64,000 nt of DNA from Chamaesiphon minutus PCC 6605. Its GTDB lineage: Bacteria > Cyanobacteriota > Cyanobacteriia > Cyanobacteriales > Chamaesiphonaceae. Shown here in pieces: positions 1 through 11,040 of the stretch. Location of the stretch: contig NC_019697.1 of NCBI RefSeq assembly GCF_000317145.1, forward strand, positions 4,102,886 to 4,166,885, written 5' to 3'. The notes under the pieces were generated by a model. That model was not told the DNA's origin. It saw nothing but the letters and a program-made list of their open reading frames with translations, and searched no databases. A program made the position numbers and the translations under genes. Numbering within the stretch: position 1 is the first letter of the stretch; each line of letters opens with the position of its first letter.

Positions 1-838
1 AAGGCGTCATGTCGCGCATCAAGACCACCGCACCCAGCTTTATGCCAGTAGGGCTATAGATCGCCGTAGCGTTTGCCAACAGCGATCGAGCCATGCCATC
101 TTTAGGGGCGATCGTCATTTCTTGACCGACGACCGCTTCGCCTTGCAACGCCCGAAACAATGGAATCTCAGACTTAGTTAAAGGTCTAGTGCCATCGCCA
201 TCGTAGAGATCGTAATATTTAGCCCACTCTTCTGGTGCGAGCGGTTCGGGTGGCAGCCCATGAAAGTTTTGTGCCATCTGGTTAAATAATACCAATCGAC
301 CATCGGCATCGCACGCCACGATTCCGTCCGAAGCATAAGCCAGCAAAGCTTCGAGAAACTGAGTAGATTGCTGCCGTCCGGGGATAGCTGCCTCCCCACC
401 CAGCCGCATCGCCGTACCAATCCAGATCGTCGTTCCATCTGGCTGCACGTCTGGCTCTAGTTCGACCTGAAACCACTCCCAATTCCCTAGATTACCAATC
501 AGTCTTAGCTTGAGTTCTAACGGCTCCTGCCGCCTAATTGCCACCACCCATGTACTCGCGAACCGCTCGCGCTCCTGAGGGGACAATAGATCTGTAAATC
601 TCTGGGGGCACAGATAGGATGTCGGTAACGGCTTGTCTTCAGCACTGACAAGATCGCTGCGATCGTTGTTAATGGTCTCATCACCACTAGATCGCCCGAT
701 ATATACAGACCACAAATTATTGACGCATAAAACCTCTCCCTCTTCGCTCATCAACCACGCCACATGAGGGATTCGTTCTAATAGTTTTTGAGAGCTAACA
801 TTTACGGATGCTGATAAAACTTGCCCTGTATCTACTGT
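1..838 (-). CDS. PAS-domain sensor protein, N-terminal part; the gene runs off the window at position 1
   Basis: The minus-strand ATG is the reverse complement of 836-838. Translation gives MTVDTGQVLSASVNV...GIVACDADGRLVLFNQMAQNFHGL..., i.e. two PAS-like folds with no stop before the window edge. The 178..438 and 282..482 ORFs in the track are wrong-frame fragments of this gene. Confidence 0.55.
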
Positions 839-1053
839 CATAAGCGGGTGCCGCTAATCTAATGCTTCGTGAATAGCTCAACCTATTCATTATAAGTCAT
901 TAGTTATGGATTTTTTACCGCAGCACGAGATTATAGCAGATAACAGCTATATTTCAATTTTGCTTAACAATAGTTTAACAATTATGTAGCATGACATAGC
1001 CAAAGGAGACGGGGACAAAGGTCTAAGACCTAAATGTCGATTGACAGCATCAA

Positions 1054-1251
1054 TTAGTAGACGTAGGACTCAAACCAATCATAAATGCGATCGAGTTGGG
1101 ATAATGTCACCAACCCATATTGCCAAAGCACGATCGGTAAACTGCCGCGATTGGATTGAGACTGTTTGAGAGCTAGTTCTACTGATTCGTCGGGCAAGCT
1201 GAGATCTTGACGGAGAAAGCGGATGACCTGGAAAGTAGTTTGGTCTGACAT
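1054..1251 (-). CDS. Small cyanobacterial protein, DUF2949-like
   Basis: 65 aa with a ...LPIVLWQYGLVTLSQLDRIYDWFE motif typical of this short cyanobacterial family. Confidence 0.4.
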   Translation of the reverse strand: MSDQTTFQVIRFLRQDLSLPDESVELALKQSQSNRGSLPIVLWQYGLVTLSQLDRIYDWFESYVY

Positions 1252-1494
1252 GTGATTATTTTGAATATTAACTAAGTTTTAAAGTTGTAATTTAGAGATA
1301 AAATCCAGTCTCAATAAAAAGCGACCGGATTGCAAATAATTTAAAAAGCGGGGTTTAAAAAGTTTTTAAAAATCGAACCAGACAGCGGACTAACTTAGTG
1401 ATAACTCGTGCTTAAAGCATCAACCAAAGAAACAAGTTTAAAAGTGGCGATCGATCCTCAAACTTGCTTCTTCGGGCAGAGTCAACCGCTGCGA

Positions 1495-2124
1495 CTACGC
1501 TTCATTCCACAGTTCGCGGACGCCATCTTCGGGCAACCAGCTAGCGATTTCGGCAATGCGCTCGGCTGAAAGTTCGCGCTTAGTGGCAGTAAATACCGCT
1601 TTAACTGCATGTTTGCGTTGGCCGTCTTCATCATCGGGACTGCGTTCTAGTCCGCCTTCATTAGCCGCCCGAAAGAAGAACCGATCGGAATCGATCTTAA
1701 AAACGCCAGGGCCTTGCCAAGGTGGACGTACCCGACTCAGGAATCCCACAATGGGATTGCTATCCTTCCATAGGTCTGTGACTTCCAGTTGGAGTGCCTT
1801 TTCATCAGTCGGCATCATCTGCTCGTGTAGCTCGTCAGCGACCCGATCTGCGGCTTCAGTCGTCATTAAATCCCGCATAATCCGGAACACGACTTCGGTA
1901 AAATCTCTGGCATCATAAGGGTCGGCAAAACCACCCTCAACCATTACATACTCTAAAAACGATCGATCTCGATCGGCAAACATCGCACGGGGATCTTCAA
2001 TTTCGGTCGGGTCCACTTCTGGGGTGCGTTGCTTGGTTTCATCAGCATTAATTGCTGGTTCCTCTACTCCCGTTCTGGAAGCTTCTATCTCCGCTGCCGC
2101 TTTACTCGTAGTTTTATCTACCAT
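1495..2124 (-). CDS. DUF2267-like protein, probably stress-associated
   Basis: 209 aa, acidic, with repeated helical DUF2267-like segments (...[30 protein letters not shown]... and ...[25 protein letters not shown]). Confidence 0.4.
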   Translation of the reverse strand: MVDKTTSKAAAEIEASRTGVEEPAINADETKQRTPEVDPTEIEDPRAMFADRDRSFLEYVMVEGGFADPYDARDFTEVVFRIMRDLMTTEAADRVADELHEQMMPTDEKALQLEVTDLWKDSNPIVGFLSRVRPPWQGPGVFKIDSDRFFFRAANEGGLERSPDDEDGQRKHAVKAVFTATKRELSAERIAEIASWLPEDGVRELWNEA

Positions 2125-2416
2125 AATTATTTCCGATCTGCTTCGATCGAGCTTGCTTTCTGATTTCTAATAAGATTCTACGCAAGCCAAACCTCTGGCA
2201 CATCCTTCATTAGGTAGAGACTCACTCTAACGAAAGACACACGATCGACGCCAATTCGGGTTAAGAATTGCTCTTTGAAGCCATTCTTGGAGTGGTGCTT
2301 GGAGAACCCCCAGATCCGAGTTCTCCAAGCACCAGTAATCAGCGCAACCCACAAATTAAATAATTCGAGAGCTGCTAGTAGAGTAATGCCTCAAACACCC
2401 CCCACTAGCACCCAAA

Positions 2417-4585
2417 CTACGCCGAAGCGCGCTCCATCTGCTGCATCATCAACTTTTCAGCCTCAGCTTCAACCGAAGCAGTCCCCGGGATCGGACGCGT
2501 CCAGAACCGATGTTCCTTAATCGCATCGATAAACGCCGTTGCAAACTTACCCATCTCCGAAACATCGCGGCTGGCAATTACACCCAACTGCGCGCTCATC
2601 TTACCATTCACCTGAGCCGCATCGATCCCTTTGAGATCTGCCTGCATCAGTAAGTCAACACCCTCACCAGAACCCGCGATCGGTTTAAAATGCTTGAATG
2701 CCTCATGAATGAAAGTTAAAGCCTCACCGTGAGCCTTTAAAGCCTCGATGCTCTGAGATCCACCGGGCACATAGACTGCATCGTAAAGTACCGAAGCTGT
2801 CGTTAAGAACGTCTTATCGACTTCGATCGACGAATTACCGTCAGCACTGGCGATCGTGCCACCCATTTTCGATACGATATCTGCGGAGATACTCATCGCA
2901 CTTAAGGCGTGCTTGAGCGTTGCCAACTGTGCGCCATCTACGCCATCGGCGGCTAAGATTGCGACATGACGACCTTTAGCAGTCTTGGTGGTGTTTTCTT
3001 GGCTCAGGGCTGCCGACGAGCGACCGTGGTTTTCGGTGGCGGGAGCGGCGGGTGCGGGCATTCCCAAACCGATGGCAACGCGCTTGGCTAACTCATGGTC
3101 TACGTTGTTGAAACGCTCGATCATCCGCGCCTGGACTTCTTTATTCTTGACTTTACCCAGCTCGAAGTGACTGGCTTCGACGAGGCGATCTTTCTCGCCT
3201 TTAGAAAGACTGTTCCAGAACAGAGTCGCTTGTGAGAAGTGGTCGGAGAAGCTCGGACTGCGTTCGCGAATCTTATGCCCTTCGACGCGCTCTGGGTAAG
3301 TCACAAAACCACCATCTTCGGGCGCAACGGGCGCGGGGAGATTGCCGCCGAGCGAGTTGGGCGAGTAATTCACCCGACTGGTTTTAATATCCATCTGCAT
3401 CCGTCCGTCTTGATTGTTGTTACTAAACGGACAAACGGGACGGTTGATGGGCAAATGAACGAAGTTGGGACTGCCCAAGCGATGTAGTTGCGTGTCGTGG
3501 TAGGACATCAAACGACCCTGCAACAGTGGGTCGTCGCTAAAGTCAATCCCTGGCACCACATTTGATGGTTGGTAAGCAACTTGTTCGGTTTCGGCGAAGA
3601 AGTTATCGGGGTTACGGTTGAGTACCATTTTACCGATCGGGCGAACTGGCACCAATTCTTCGGGAATCATTTTTGTCGAATCCAAAATGTCGAAGTCAAA
3701 CTTGTGTTCGTCTTCTTCTTCAACAATCTGGACGCCTAATTCGTACTCAGGATAGTTACCTTTTTCGATCGATTCCCATAACGTCCGGCGTTGGAAATCG
3801 GGATCTTTACCTGCAATCTTTTGGGCTTCATCAAAAACGTTGGAGTGTACGCCCGCTAATGGTTTCCAGTGGTACTTCACAAAGCGGGACTTGCCTTCTT
3901 TGTTGACCCAGCGGAATGTATGCACTCCAAAGCCTTGCATGGTGCTGAAATTACGCGGTAATGTCCGATCGGATAGCAACCACATAATCATGTGCATCGA
4001 TTCTGGCACTAAGGAAATAAAGTCCCAGAAGCTTGGATGCGCGGTTGATGCCTGGGGCATCTCATTATCGGGTTCGGGTTTCACCGCATGGATGATATCG
4101 GGAAACTTAATGGCATCCTGAATAAAGAACACCGGAATGTTATTGCCGACGATGTCATAGTTGCCATCTTCGGTGTAAAACTTCACCGAAAACCCCCGCA
4201 CGTCGCGGACGGCATCCGCAGAACCGCGCGAGCCGCCAACGGTCGAGAACCGCACGAATACAGGCGTTTTGACGGCTGGGTCTCCTAAAAACTTGGCTTT
4301 GGTAAATTCGGCCATCGACTCATATGGCTCGAAGTATCCGTGTGCGCCCGCACCGCGTGCGTGAACCACCCGCTCGGGGATGCGCTCGCGATCGAATGCT
4401 GACAACTTTTGTTGAAAGTGAAAATCTTCGAGCAGTGTCGGCCCGCGCCCACCAGCTTTGAGCGAATCATCTGTGTTGCTAAGTGGATGACCCTCATCGG
4501 TAGTTAGTTTTTGACCGGGTTCTACGCGATAGTTTTCTAGGCTTCGATCTTTGCTTTGCTCGTTAACTGGATGTTGCTCGCTCAT
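2417..4585 (-). CDS. katE: Large-subunit monofunctional heme catalase (HPII type) with C-terminal DJ-1/PfpI-like domain
   Basis: 722 aa. Contains the catalase signature FDRERIPERVVHARGAGAHGYFE and the proximal-Tyr region RLFSYxD-like (RLMSYHDTQ). The C-terminal roughly 150 aa look like the flavodoxin/DJ-1 fold of large catalases. Confidence 0.9.
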   Translation of the reverse strand: MSEQHPVNEQSKDRSLENYRVEPGQKLTTDEGHPLSNTDDSLKAGGRGPTLLEDFHFQQKLSAFDRERIPERVVHARGAGAHGYFEPYESMAEFTKAKFLGDPAVKTPVFVRFSTVGGSRGSADAVRDVRGFSVKFYTEDGNYDIVGNNIPVFFIQDAIKFPDIIHAVKPEPDNEMPQASTAHPSFWDFISLVPESMHMIMWLLSDRTLPRNFSTMQGFGVHTFRWVNKEGKSRFVKYHWKPLAGVHSNVFDEAQKIAGKDPDFQRRTLWESIEKGNYPEYELGVQIVEEEDEHKFDFDILDSTKMIPEELVPVRPIGKMVLNRNPDNFFAETEQVAYQPSNVVPGIDFSDDPLLQGRLMSYHDTQLHRLGSPNFVHLPINRPVCPFSNNNQDGRMQMDIKTSRVNYSPNSLGGNLPAPVAPEDGGFVTYPERVEGHKIRERSPSFSDHFSQATLFWNSLSKGEKDRLVEASHFELGKVKNKEVQARMIERFNNVDHELAKRVAIGLGMPAPAAPATENHGRSSAALSQENTTKTAKGRHVAILAADGVDGAQLATLKHALSAMSISADIVSKMGGTIASADGNSSIEVDKTFLTTASVLYDAVYVPGGSQSIEALKAHGEALTFIHEAFKHFKPIAGSGEGVDLLMQADLKGIDAAQVNGKMSAQLGVIASRDVSEMGKFATAFIDAIKEHRFWTRPIPGTASVEAEAEKLMMQQMERASA

Positions 4586-5065
4586 AAAAATGTTGTGGGG
4601 TGCTGTTTTGAGCTGGTTGTATCGATCGCGCTTGGATTGACTTTAAATGGAATGAAGGTAAATCGCGATCCTAAAGTCATCAGGATCTACTCGCTATCTA
4701 AATCTAAGCAAAATCGACTTTTTTAAGCTCTGTCTTTAGATAGAGATATCTTAACTATTGCTGCTGTAGATGTAGCTGTTGTGTTAACTTTTAGATTATA
4801 TTTTTGCTTAAGCTGCTGGTGTTTTCTTCACCTTGTTATTATAAGTATCGTGTATTTGACAAAGCAAAAATTAAACCCAGCATAACTTGAAATACTTGCT
4901 CATTGAAGTGTTTTTTCTGTGATTAATAAAAATTCTTGAATTGAGATCGTAAATTAGGGGAGATATCTACGGATATCTCCCCTAGCTATTTGTAAAATTA
5001 GATAAGATTTTTTGTGCCTCCATACAACAGTTTTAACTAAAATAGAAATCGGATATCTCGCTCGA

Positions 5066-5314
5066 CTAAGGACTCGTTGTCGGACTAGCAGAAGGTTTAG
5101 TTGTCGAATTCGGACTTGGGCTAGTTTTGGAATTTGTGCCAGGAGGATTTGTCGTTCCCGTACCAGTACCCGGACTAGTTGTCGGGCTAGTTGTCGGGCT
5201 TGTCGTGCCCGTACCAGTTCCATTTCCAGTGCCGCCAGTACCAGATGGCGAACAGGAACTAATCAGTATTGAAACACTAGCCACTAAAGTTAATAGCAAA
5301 CCAATTTTCTTCAT
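5066..5314 (-). CDS. Small putative lipoprotein with Thr/Ser/Pro/Gly-rich repeats
   Basis: Signal peptide plus lipobox (MKKIGLLLTLVASVSILISSC), followed by TSPTTSPTTSP and GTGTG low-complexity sequence. Confidence 0.35.
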   Translation of the reverse strand: MKKIGLLLTLVASVSILISSCSPSGTGGTGNGTGTGTTSPTTSPTTSPGTGTGTTNPPGTNSKTSPSPNSTTKPSASPTTSP

Positions 5315-6058
5315 AACTCCTCGCTTAAATAGAACAAGGTGCTACCGACAAATAAAACGTCATAGTGCTAGCCGACTTTTGGTAGATCGAGTAAGTTAGC
5401 TACAGTCACCAGATCGTCCTATCAATAAAATTGCGGGCGAATCTTTCGCTCGACAAGACTAGATAACATCTGATGCTGCCTAACTCATTCACTAGCACTA
5501 ATAACGATCTCAATTCTCAGTTACATCCTTAACTACATACGTTAAGGAGCGAGCTAGTTTAAAACCTCTGTCGATCGAGAGATATCTGTAGTGTAAAAGT
5601 TGCTGACTGGCAAATATTATGATAAGTCTGCTGACGATCGGTCGAGTGCCAAAACTATTTAATTAAATCAAATAGTATCTATCTAAAGATAGATATTTGG
5701 TAGCAATGAATCTTCTCGATCGAGCTGAGAATGGATTCCCCAACCTCAAGATTTTGATGCCCTGAATCTAATCGATACCTGCTACCATGGGGTAAATAAA
5801 ACTTCAACTCTGGCATTCTATTTGACGCCAAGATCGCACCATCACAGGTAGCCAACGACTCAGATCGGTCGCTCGGCAAGAATTTTTAGTTGCGAGCGAT
5901 TGACAGATTGCGTCTGAGATCGACGCTACAAGCGAACCCGTCCAATTCACAACATTTGCACGCAAACATTCTGGATGGTAATCGTATCGACCTAGACGCA
6001 ATAATTAGCTGGCACCGGGCAACATTTATATCTGCAAAATTCAAACTTTGAAACCGAA

Positions 6059-8473
6059 ATGACTTCTTCAGATCTCATCTCTCAAGTTAATCGATCGATC
6101 GCGATGCTGACAGATCCGAAACTCGCATCCTCAGAGTTAGGACTGACCAATTGCGATCGCGAACCGATACATATTCCCAATGCCATTCAAGCTCATGGCG
6201 TCTTATTGACATTTACTCAAACAGATCTGAAAATTTTGCAAATCAGTCAAAACTGTGATGTATTGCTCGGTCGATCTGCTGCTGCTTTTTTGGGACAACC
6301 GCTATTGGTATTGATGGCACCAAGCCAGATTGCCAAGATCGAAAGCTGTCTGAATGATGACTTTGAGAATGTCAATCCGCTACGACTATCGTTACAAGTA
6401 GATGGCAAATCGCAGGGATTTGAAGGGATCTTACATCGCGCCGATGGGGTAATTGTCCTAGAAATCGAGCAATTGGCGATCGCCGAAGATCCCGCACAGG
6501 CTGATGCTCGAACTGTGAACTTTTTTGACTTTTATAAATTTGTCAAAGCACCGATGGCGCGGATTCAGAATACCCAAACCCTCGCCGAACTCGCGCAGCA
6601 AACTGTCACCACCATTCGCACGCTGACTGGTTTCGATCGCGTCATGCTATATCGGTTTGCTGAAGATGGTTCGGGCAATGTAATTGCCGAAGCCAAAGCC
6701 GATTTCCTCGATTCTTTTTTGGGTTTGCATTACCCCGCTAGCGATATTCCCAGACAAGCCAAAGAACTCTATCGACTCAATTTGTTGCGGATTATTCCCG
6801 ATGCCTCCTACACGCCATCACAACTAGAACCACAACTCAACCCAATTACGGGCGAACCGCTCGATCTGAGCCTGTCGGTGCTGCGGAGCGTATCGCCAAT
6901 GCATACTGAATATCTCGCCAACATGGGCGTCCAGGCATCGATGTCGATCTCATTGTTGTCTGCTGGTGGAGCCTCCCCCTCTGACAGTCGGCAATTATGG
7001 GGATTGATTGCCTGTCATCATGACAGTCCCAAACAGCTCTCCTACGAGACGCGGACGATTTGTGAATTTCTCGGACAGGCGATCTCTTTTGAGGTTGGCT
7101 CTAAAGCCGATGCTGAAGATTTGGACTACAAAATACAACTTCAAACCGCTCAGGCACGATTTATCAATACGATCGCTAATTGTCAAAGTCTGGGCGATGG
7201 TTTTGCCCAAAATCCTGACGATCTGACTGCACTTGTGGGAGCCACTGGTGCTGTTTTTTGCGAACGCAGCCAGGTGACTGCTTTTGGGAGTACGCCACCC
7301 TCAGCATCGATCGCCGATTTAATCACTTGGATCGACACCCAGATCGGCGAAGATGCTGTGTTTAGCACCAATACTCTGGTGAGCGAATACCCCCCCATGG
7401 TACCTCATAAAGATGTCGCTAGCGGGCTATTAGCATTGCGGATATCGCGCATTCAGAAGACCTATCTCCTGTGGTTCCGCCCCGAAGTACTGCAAACCAT
7501 CGACTGGGGTGGGCAACCAAATAAACCAGTAGAGGTTGAGGAAGACCACACGCTGCGGCTGACACCCCGCAAATCCTTCGATTTGTGGAAAGAGACGGTA
7601 CAGCTCAAATCGCTACCCTGGAAGCCTTGCGAAATCGAAGCTGCACTAGAACTGCGGAGTCGAATTATCGGCATCGTCCTTCAAAAAGCTGACGAATTAG
7701 CCGTATTAAATGCCGAGCTAGAGCGCAGTAATATCGAGCTAGATTCATTTGCCTATGTTGCATCTCACGATCTTAAAGAACCACTGCGCGGCATTCACAA
7801 CTATTCCACCTTCTTGATTGAAGATTATGGTGACAAGTTGGGCGAAGATGGCACCCACAAACTAGCAACGCTAATGCGGTTGACCCAACGGATGGAAGAT
7901 CTGATCGAATCCTTGCTGCACTATTCGCGCTGCGGTCGAGCCGAACTGCTATTTCAGTCGGTGAATTTGGCACAAGTGCTCGATAACGTGCTAGATACGA
8001 TTAAGATCGGTCACCCGTCGATCGCTGCTGAGTTTGAGCTCCCGCGACCGCTACCCGTCGTCAAATGCGATCGCACCCAGCTTAGGGAGCTATTTACCAA
8101 CCTGATTAGTAATGCCATCAAGTATAACGATCGCGACCCCAAAAAGATCGAGATTGGCTATATCTTGCCAAATGAAAGTCACGACTCGGTACCCGCAGAT
8201 CTCGATCTCGATCGATCTCAGACGATCTTTTATGTCAAAGATAATGGCATCGGCATTCGTGCCAAACATCTCGAAAATATCTTCAAAATCTTTAAGCGGC
8301 TCCACCCAGCAAATAAGTATGGGGGTGGAACTGGCGCAGGCTTGACGATCGCCCGCAAGATTGTCGAACGTCATGGCGGCACTCTAACTGTAGCATCTAC
8401 TTTTGGCGAAGGCAGCACTTTTTACTTTACATTAGGGTCGCGATCGCGTAGCGTCTCCCTCGGAGGATTGTGA
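6059..8473 (+). CDS. cphB: Bacteriophytochrome-type sensor histidine kinase (PAS-GAF-PHY-HisKA-HATPase), CphB/BphP class
   Basis: N-terminal Cys in the motif NCDREPIHIPNAIQAHGVLL (biliverdin-type attachment). The canonical GAF Cys is absent (SPMHTEYLANMG). HisKA motif ASHDLKEPLRGI, and HATPase G-boxes (DNGIGI, GGTGAGL). Confidence 0.85.
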   Translation: MTSSDLISQVNRSIAMLTDPKLASSELGLTNCDREPIHIPNAIQAHGVLLTFTQTDLKILQISQNCDVLLGRSAAAFLGQPLLVLMAPSQIAKIESCLNDDFENVNPLRLSLQVDGKSQGFEGILHRADGVIVLEIEQLAIAEDPAQADARTVNFFDFYKFVKAPMARIQNTQTLAELAQQTVTTIRTLTGFDRVMLYRFAEDGSGNVIAEAKADFLDSFLGLHYPASDIPRQAKELYRLNLLRIIPDASYTPSQLEPQLNPITGEPLDLSLSVLRSVSPMHTEYLANMGVQASMSISLLSAGGASPSDSRQLWGLIACHHDSPKQLSYETRTICEFLGQAISFEVGSKADAEDLDYKIQLQTAQARFINTIANCQSLGDGFAQNPDDLTALVGATGAVFCERSQVTAFGSTPPSASIADLITWIDTQIGEDAVFSTNTLVSEYPPMVPHKDVASGLLALRISRIQKTYLLWFRPEVLQTIDWGGQPNKPVEVEEDHTLRLTPRKSFDLWKETVQLKSLPWKPCEIEAALELRSRIIGIVLQKADELAVLNAELERSNIELDSFAYVASHDLKEPLRGIHNYSTFLIEDYGDKLGEDGTHKLATLMRLTQRMEDLIESLLHYSRCGRAELLFQSVNLAQVLDNVLDTIKIGHPSIAAEFELPRPLPVVKCDRTQLRELFTNLISNAIKYNDRDPKKIEIGYILPNESHDSVPADLDLDRSQTIFYVKDNGIGIRAKHLENIFKIFKRLHPANKYGGGTGAGLTIARKIVERHGGTLTVASTFGEGSTFYFTLGSRSRSVSLGGL

Positions 8474-8946
8474 AAGACCAGTCTCACTCACCAACCTTAC
8501 TCATTGTCGAAGATAGCGATGAATACTTTGAAGTATTGAGTCGGATTATTATGGATATCAGCGATCGGCCACTATCGATTCATCGCTGTATCGATGGCGA
8601 TGACGCACTCGACTATCTCAATCATGAAGGAATTTATCATACTACTGGCGAGCATTCCAACCCCGATCTGGTTCTCTTAGATCTCAATTTACCAGGTACC
8701 GATGGCCGAGAAGTGCTGGTGACGATCGATGCTTCCAAGCATCTCAAAACCATCCCCATCGTCGTGCTCACCACCTCTTCAAATCCCAAGGATATTCAAA
8801 CCTGCTACGAGTCTGGCGTCAACAGCTACCTACTCAAACCGATGAAAATCGACGAGTTACGCTATCTCATCCGAGTCCTCCTCGATTATTGGTTTAAAGT
8901 CGCAATCCTACCAACGACAAGTAAGGTAGAGGGTAGAGAGTATTGA
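8470..8946 (+). CDS. rcpB: Single-domain response regulator (CheY-like) cognate to the phytochrome
   Basis: REC domain (LLIVEDSDEY...DLVLLDLNLPGTDG...LKP). GTG start with a 4-nt GTGA overlap on the cphB stop, suggesting translational coupling. Confidence 0.8.
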   Translation: MKDQSHSPTLLIVEDSDEYFEVLSRIIMDISDRPLSIHRCIDGDDALDYLNHEGIYHTTGEHSNPDLVLLDLNLPGTDGREVLVTIDASKHLKTIPIVVLTTSSNPKDIQTCYESGVNSYLLKPMKIDELRYLIRVLLDYWFKVAILPTTSKVEGREY

Positions 8947-9152
8947 GAAAAATTCTCCTCGTCTCCCCGCTCCCACATCCCCACTCTCCTCACAATCAAT
9001 CTCCTAAAGTGCGTTAACATAGAAGAGTGGCGGGTATAGCTAGATGCTTAATAAGACGCTATACCCATCTGAAAATTTATTAAACTTCCCGCGCTATTTT
9101 AGTCTCCATCAAAGGTCGATCGGAACATTCTTGTTTTATCGGGGTTGTTACC

Positions 9153-10928
9153 TTGTCAATGATTGCCATTAGTAATAAATATATCAGTGTAGATGACGTA
9201 GAACCGTTAAGCTGCAACATTTTAATCGTAGACGATTCAGAAACCGATCGAGCGACCTATCGGCGGTACCTAGAGTCGGGAAATGAGATTGGGTATCAGA
9301 TCTGTGATTGCGAGACGGGAGAGGATGCCCTGGACTTTTGCGATCGCCATTGCCCGGACGTCATCTTACTAGATTACTTACTTCCAGATACAGATGGGCT
9401 GCAATTTCTCGAGGAACTGACCGAGCGGATCGGTAAGCTACCGCCAATTGTGATGCTAACTGGTCAGGGAAATGAGGCGATAGCTGTAGAGGCGATGAAA
9501 CACGGTGTCAGAGATTATCTCGTCAAAGGACAACTCACACCTCAGAGGTTAGTAAACTCAGTGACCAATGCCTTGACCGCACAAAAGCTCCAATCCCAGA
9601 TCGACAGTCAAAAGCGACAGAGCAATTTACTCGCCAGTATCATGTTAAAAGTCGGTCACTCGATCGATTTAGCAGAGATTCTCCAAGCTGGAGTCGATGG
9701 CGCGCGCGAACTTTTAGAATGCGATCGGACGATGGTGTATAAATTGAATCCTGACCTGAGTGGCACGATCGTCTCAGAGTCGGTATTACCACAGTGGTCG
9801 CCATCGTTGGGACAGAAGATCGAGGAAAATTGCTTTCAGGGCGAGCATTCGCACTCGATCTCAAAATATTTAAACGGTCACAAAGTGGCGATCTCCAATA
9901 TTCGGGCGGCGGAGCTATCCCCTTGCTATGTGGAAATGCTGGAGCGTTTTCAAGTTAAGGCTGTATTAGTAGTGCCGATCTTGTTACGAGAGGTGTCGCC
10001 AGCGAGCGCGCCGACCGTCTGGGGACTACTAATCGCCCATCACTGCAAGACTGCGCGAGAGTGGAAAGCCGACGAGCTGAATTTACTCGATGAAATGTCT
10101 GTACAAATGGAGGTCGCGATTCAAAAGGCAGAACTAGTCTTAGATCTCCAGCAGACATTAGCCAAACAACAAGCTGTCGATCGGCAATTACGCGATCGAG
10201 TTATCGAAATCGAGCAAACTAATTTGCGGTTATCTTTAGCAACTAACTTACTCGAAAAACGCAATCAAGAATTAGACGAATTTGCTTGTATCGCCTCCCA
10301 CGATTTGCAAGCACCCTTACGCGGCATTTCCAATCTTGCCGATTGGCTCGCCAAAGATCTCGACGACAAACTCCCGGTTGAAAATCAACAGCAACTCAAC
10401 CTAATTCAGTCCCGAGTCCAGCAAATGAATGCGTTGATTAATGGCCTACTTCTATATGCCCGTGTCGGTCGCGAAAATGTCGATCCCACGACTGTAAATA
10501 TCAGTGAAATATTGAGAGAAGTCATCGAAACGATCGACCCGCCAGCCGATTTCAAGGTGCATTTTGCTAGCCACTTGCCCACTCTAACAACTCAAGCTTT
10601 ACTACTCAAACAAGTTTTTGCTAATTTAATTGGTAATGCCATTAAATATCACGATCGCACTGATGGCACGGTAGAAATCTTAGTCAAAGATCGAGACTAT
10701 TTCTGGCAATTTACAGTTGTCGATGATGGCCCAGGTATTGCCCCAGAGCATCACAAAAATATCTTTGGCATCTTCCAAACTTTAATGGGCAGAGATAGTA
10801 ATAAAGGCTCAGGCATCGGTCTAGCGATCGTCCAAAAGATTGTCGAAAGTCGCGGTGGCTCAGTGTGGTTAGAATCAGCTTTAGGTGAGGGCAGTGCGTT
10901 CTCTTTTACTTGGCCAAAAATACTTTAA
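9153..10928 (+). CDS. Hybrid REC-GAF-histidine kinase
   Basis: N-terminal REC (ILIVDDSETDR...VILLDYLLPDTDG), a central GAF, HisKA motif CIASHDLQAPLRGISNLADW, and HATPase (VVDDGPGIAP...GSGIGLAIV). Confidence 0.85.
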   Translation: MSMIAISNKYISVDDVEPLSCNILIVDDSETDRATYRRYLESGNEIGYQICDCETGEDALDFCDRHCPDVILLDYLLPDTDGLQFLEELTERIGKLPPIVMLTGQGNEAIAVEAMKHGVRDYLVKGQLTPQRLVNSVTNALTAQKLQSQIDSQKRQSNLLASIMLKVGHSIDLAEILQAGVDGARELLECDRTMVYKLNPDLSGTIVSESVLPQWSPSLGQKIEENCFQGEHSHSISKYLNGHKVAISNIRAAELSPCYVEMLERFQVKAVLVVPILLREVSPASAPTVWGLLIAHHCKTAREWKADELNLLDEMSVQMEVAIQKAELVLDLQQTLAKQQAVDRQLRDRVIEIEQTNLRLSLATNLLEKRNQELDEFACIASHDLQAPLRGISNLADWLAKDLDDKLPVENQQQLNLIQSRVQQMNALINGLLLYARVGRENVDPTTVNISEILREVIETIDPPADFKVHFASHLPTLTTQALLLKQVFANLIGNAIKYHDRTDGTVEILVKDRDYFWQFTVVDDGPGIAPEHHKNIFGIFQTLMGRDSNKGSGIGLAIVQKIVESRGGSVWLESALGEGSAFSFTWPKIL

Positions 10929-10968
10929 TAACGTAAGTTGCTAATTATTAGTAAGCCACCGACTGGAA

Positions 10969-10992
10969 GTCGTGGCTAGCGATGCAAAGTCC
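10969..10992. terminator. Hairpin after the HK gene, between convergent genes
   Basis: agccaccgac-tggaa-gtcgtggct stem-loop directly after the stop, followed by an agtccgc/gcggact repeat unit. Confidence 0.35.
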
Positions 10993-11040
10993 GCCTTCTC
11001 TACGAGACGCTACGCGAACGCGGACTAAGAATCAATTAAT

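Noticed and set aside
178-482. ORF-track entries 178..438 and 282..482 on the minus strand.
   Set aside because: They are out-of-frame pieces inside the longer PAS-protein reading frame (1-838, minus), which lacks an in-window stop.
2417-4585. Initial impression of catalase-peroxidase KatG based on length.
   Set aside because: The FDRERIPERVVHARG motif and the DJ-1-like C-terminus identify a monofunctional large-subunit catalase (KatE-type), not KatG.
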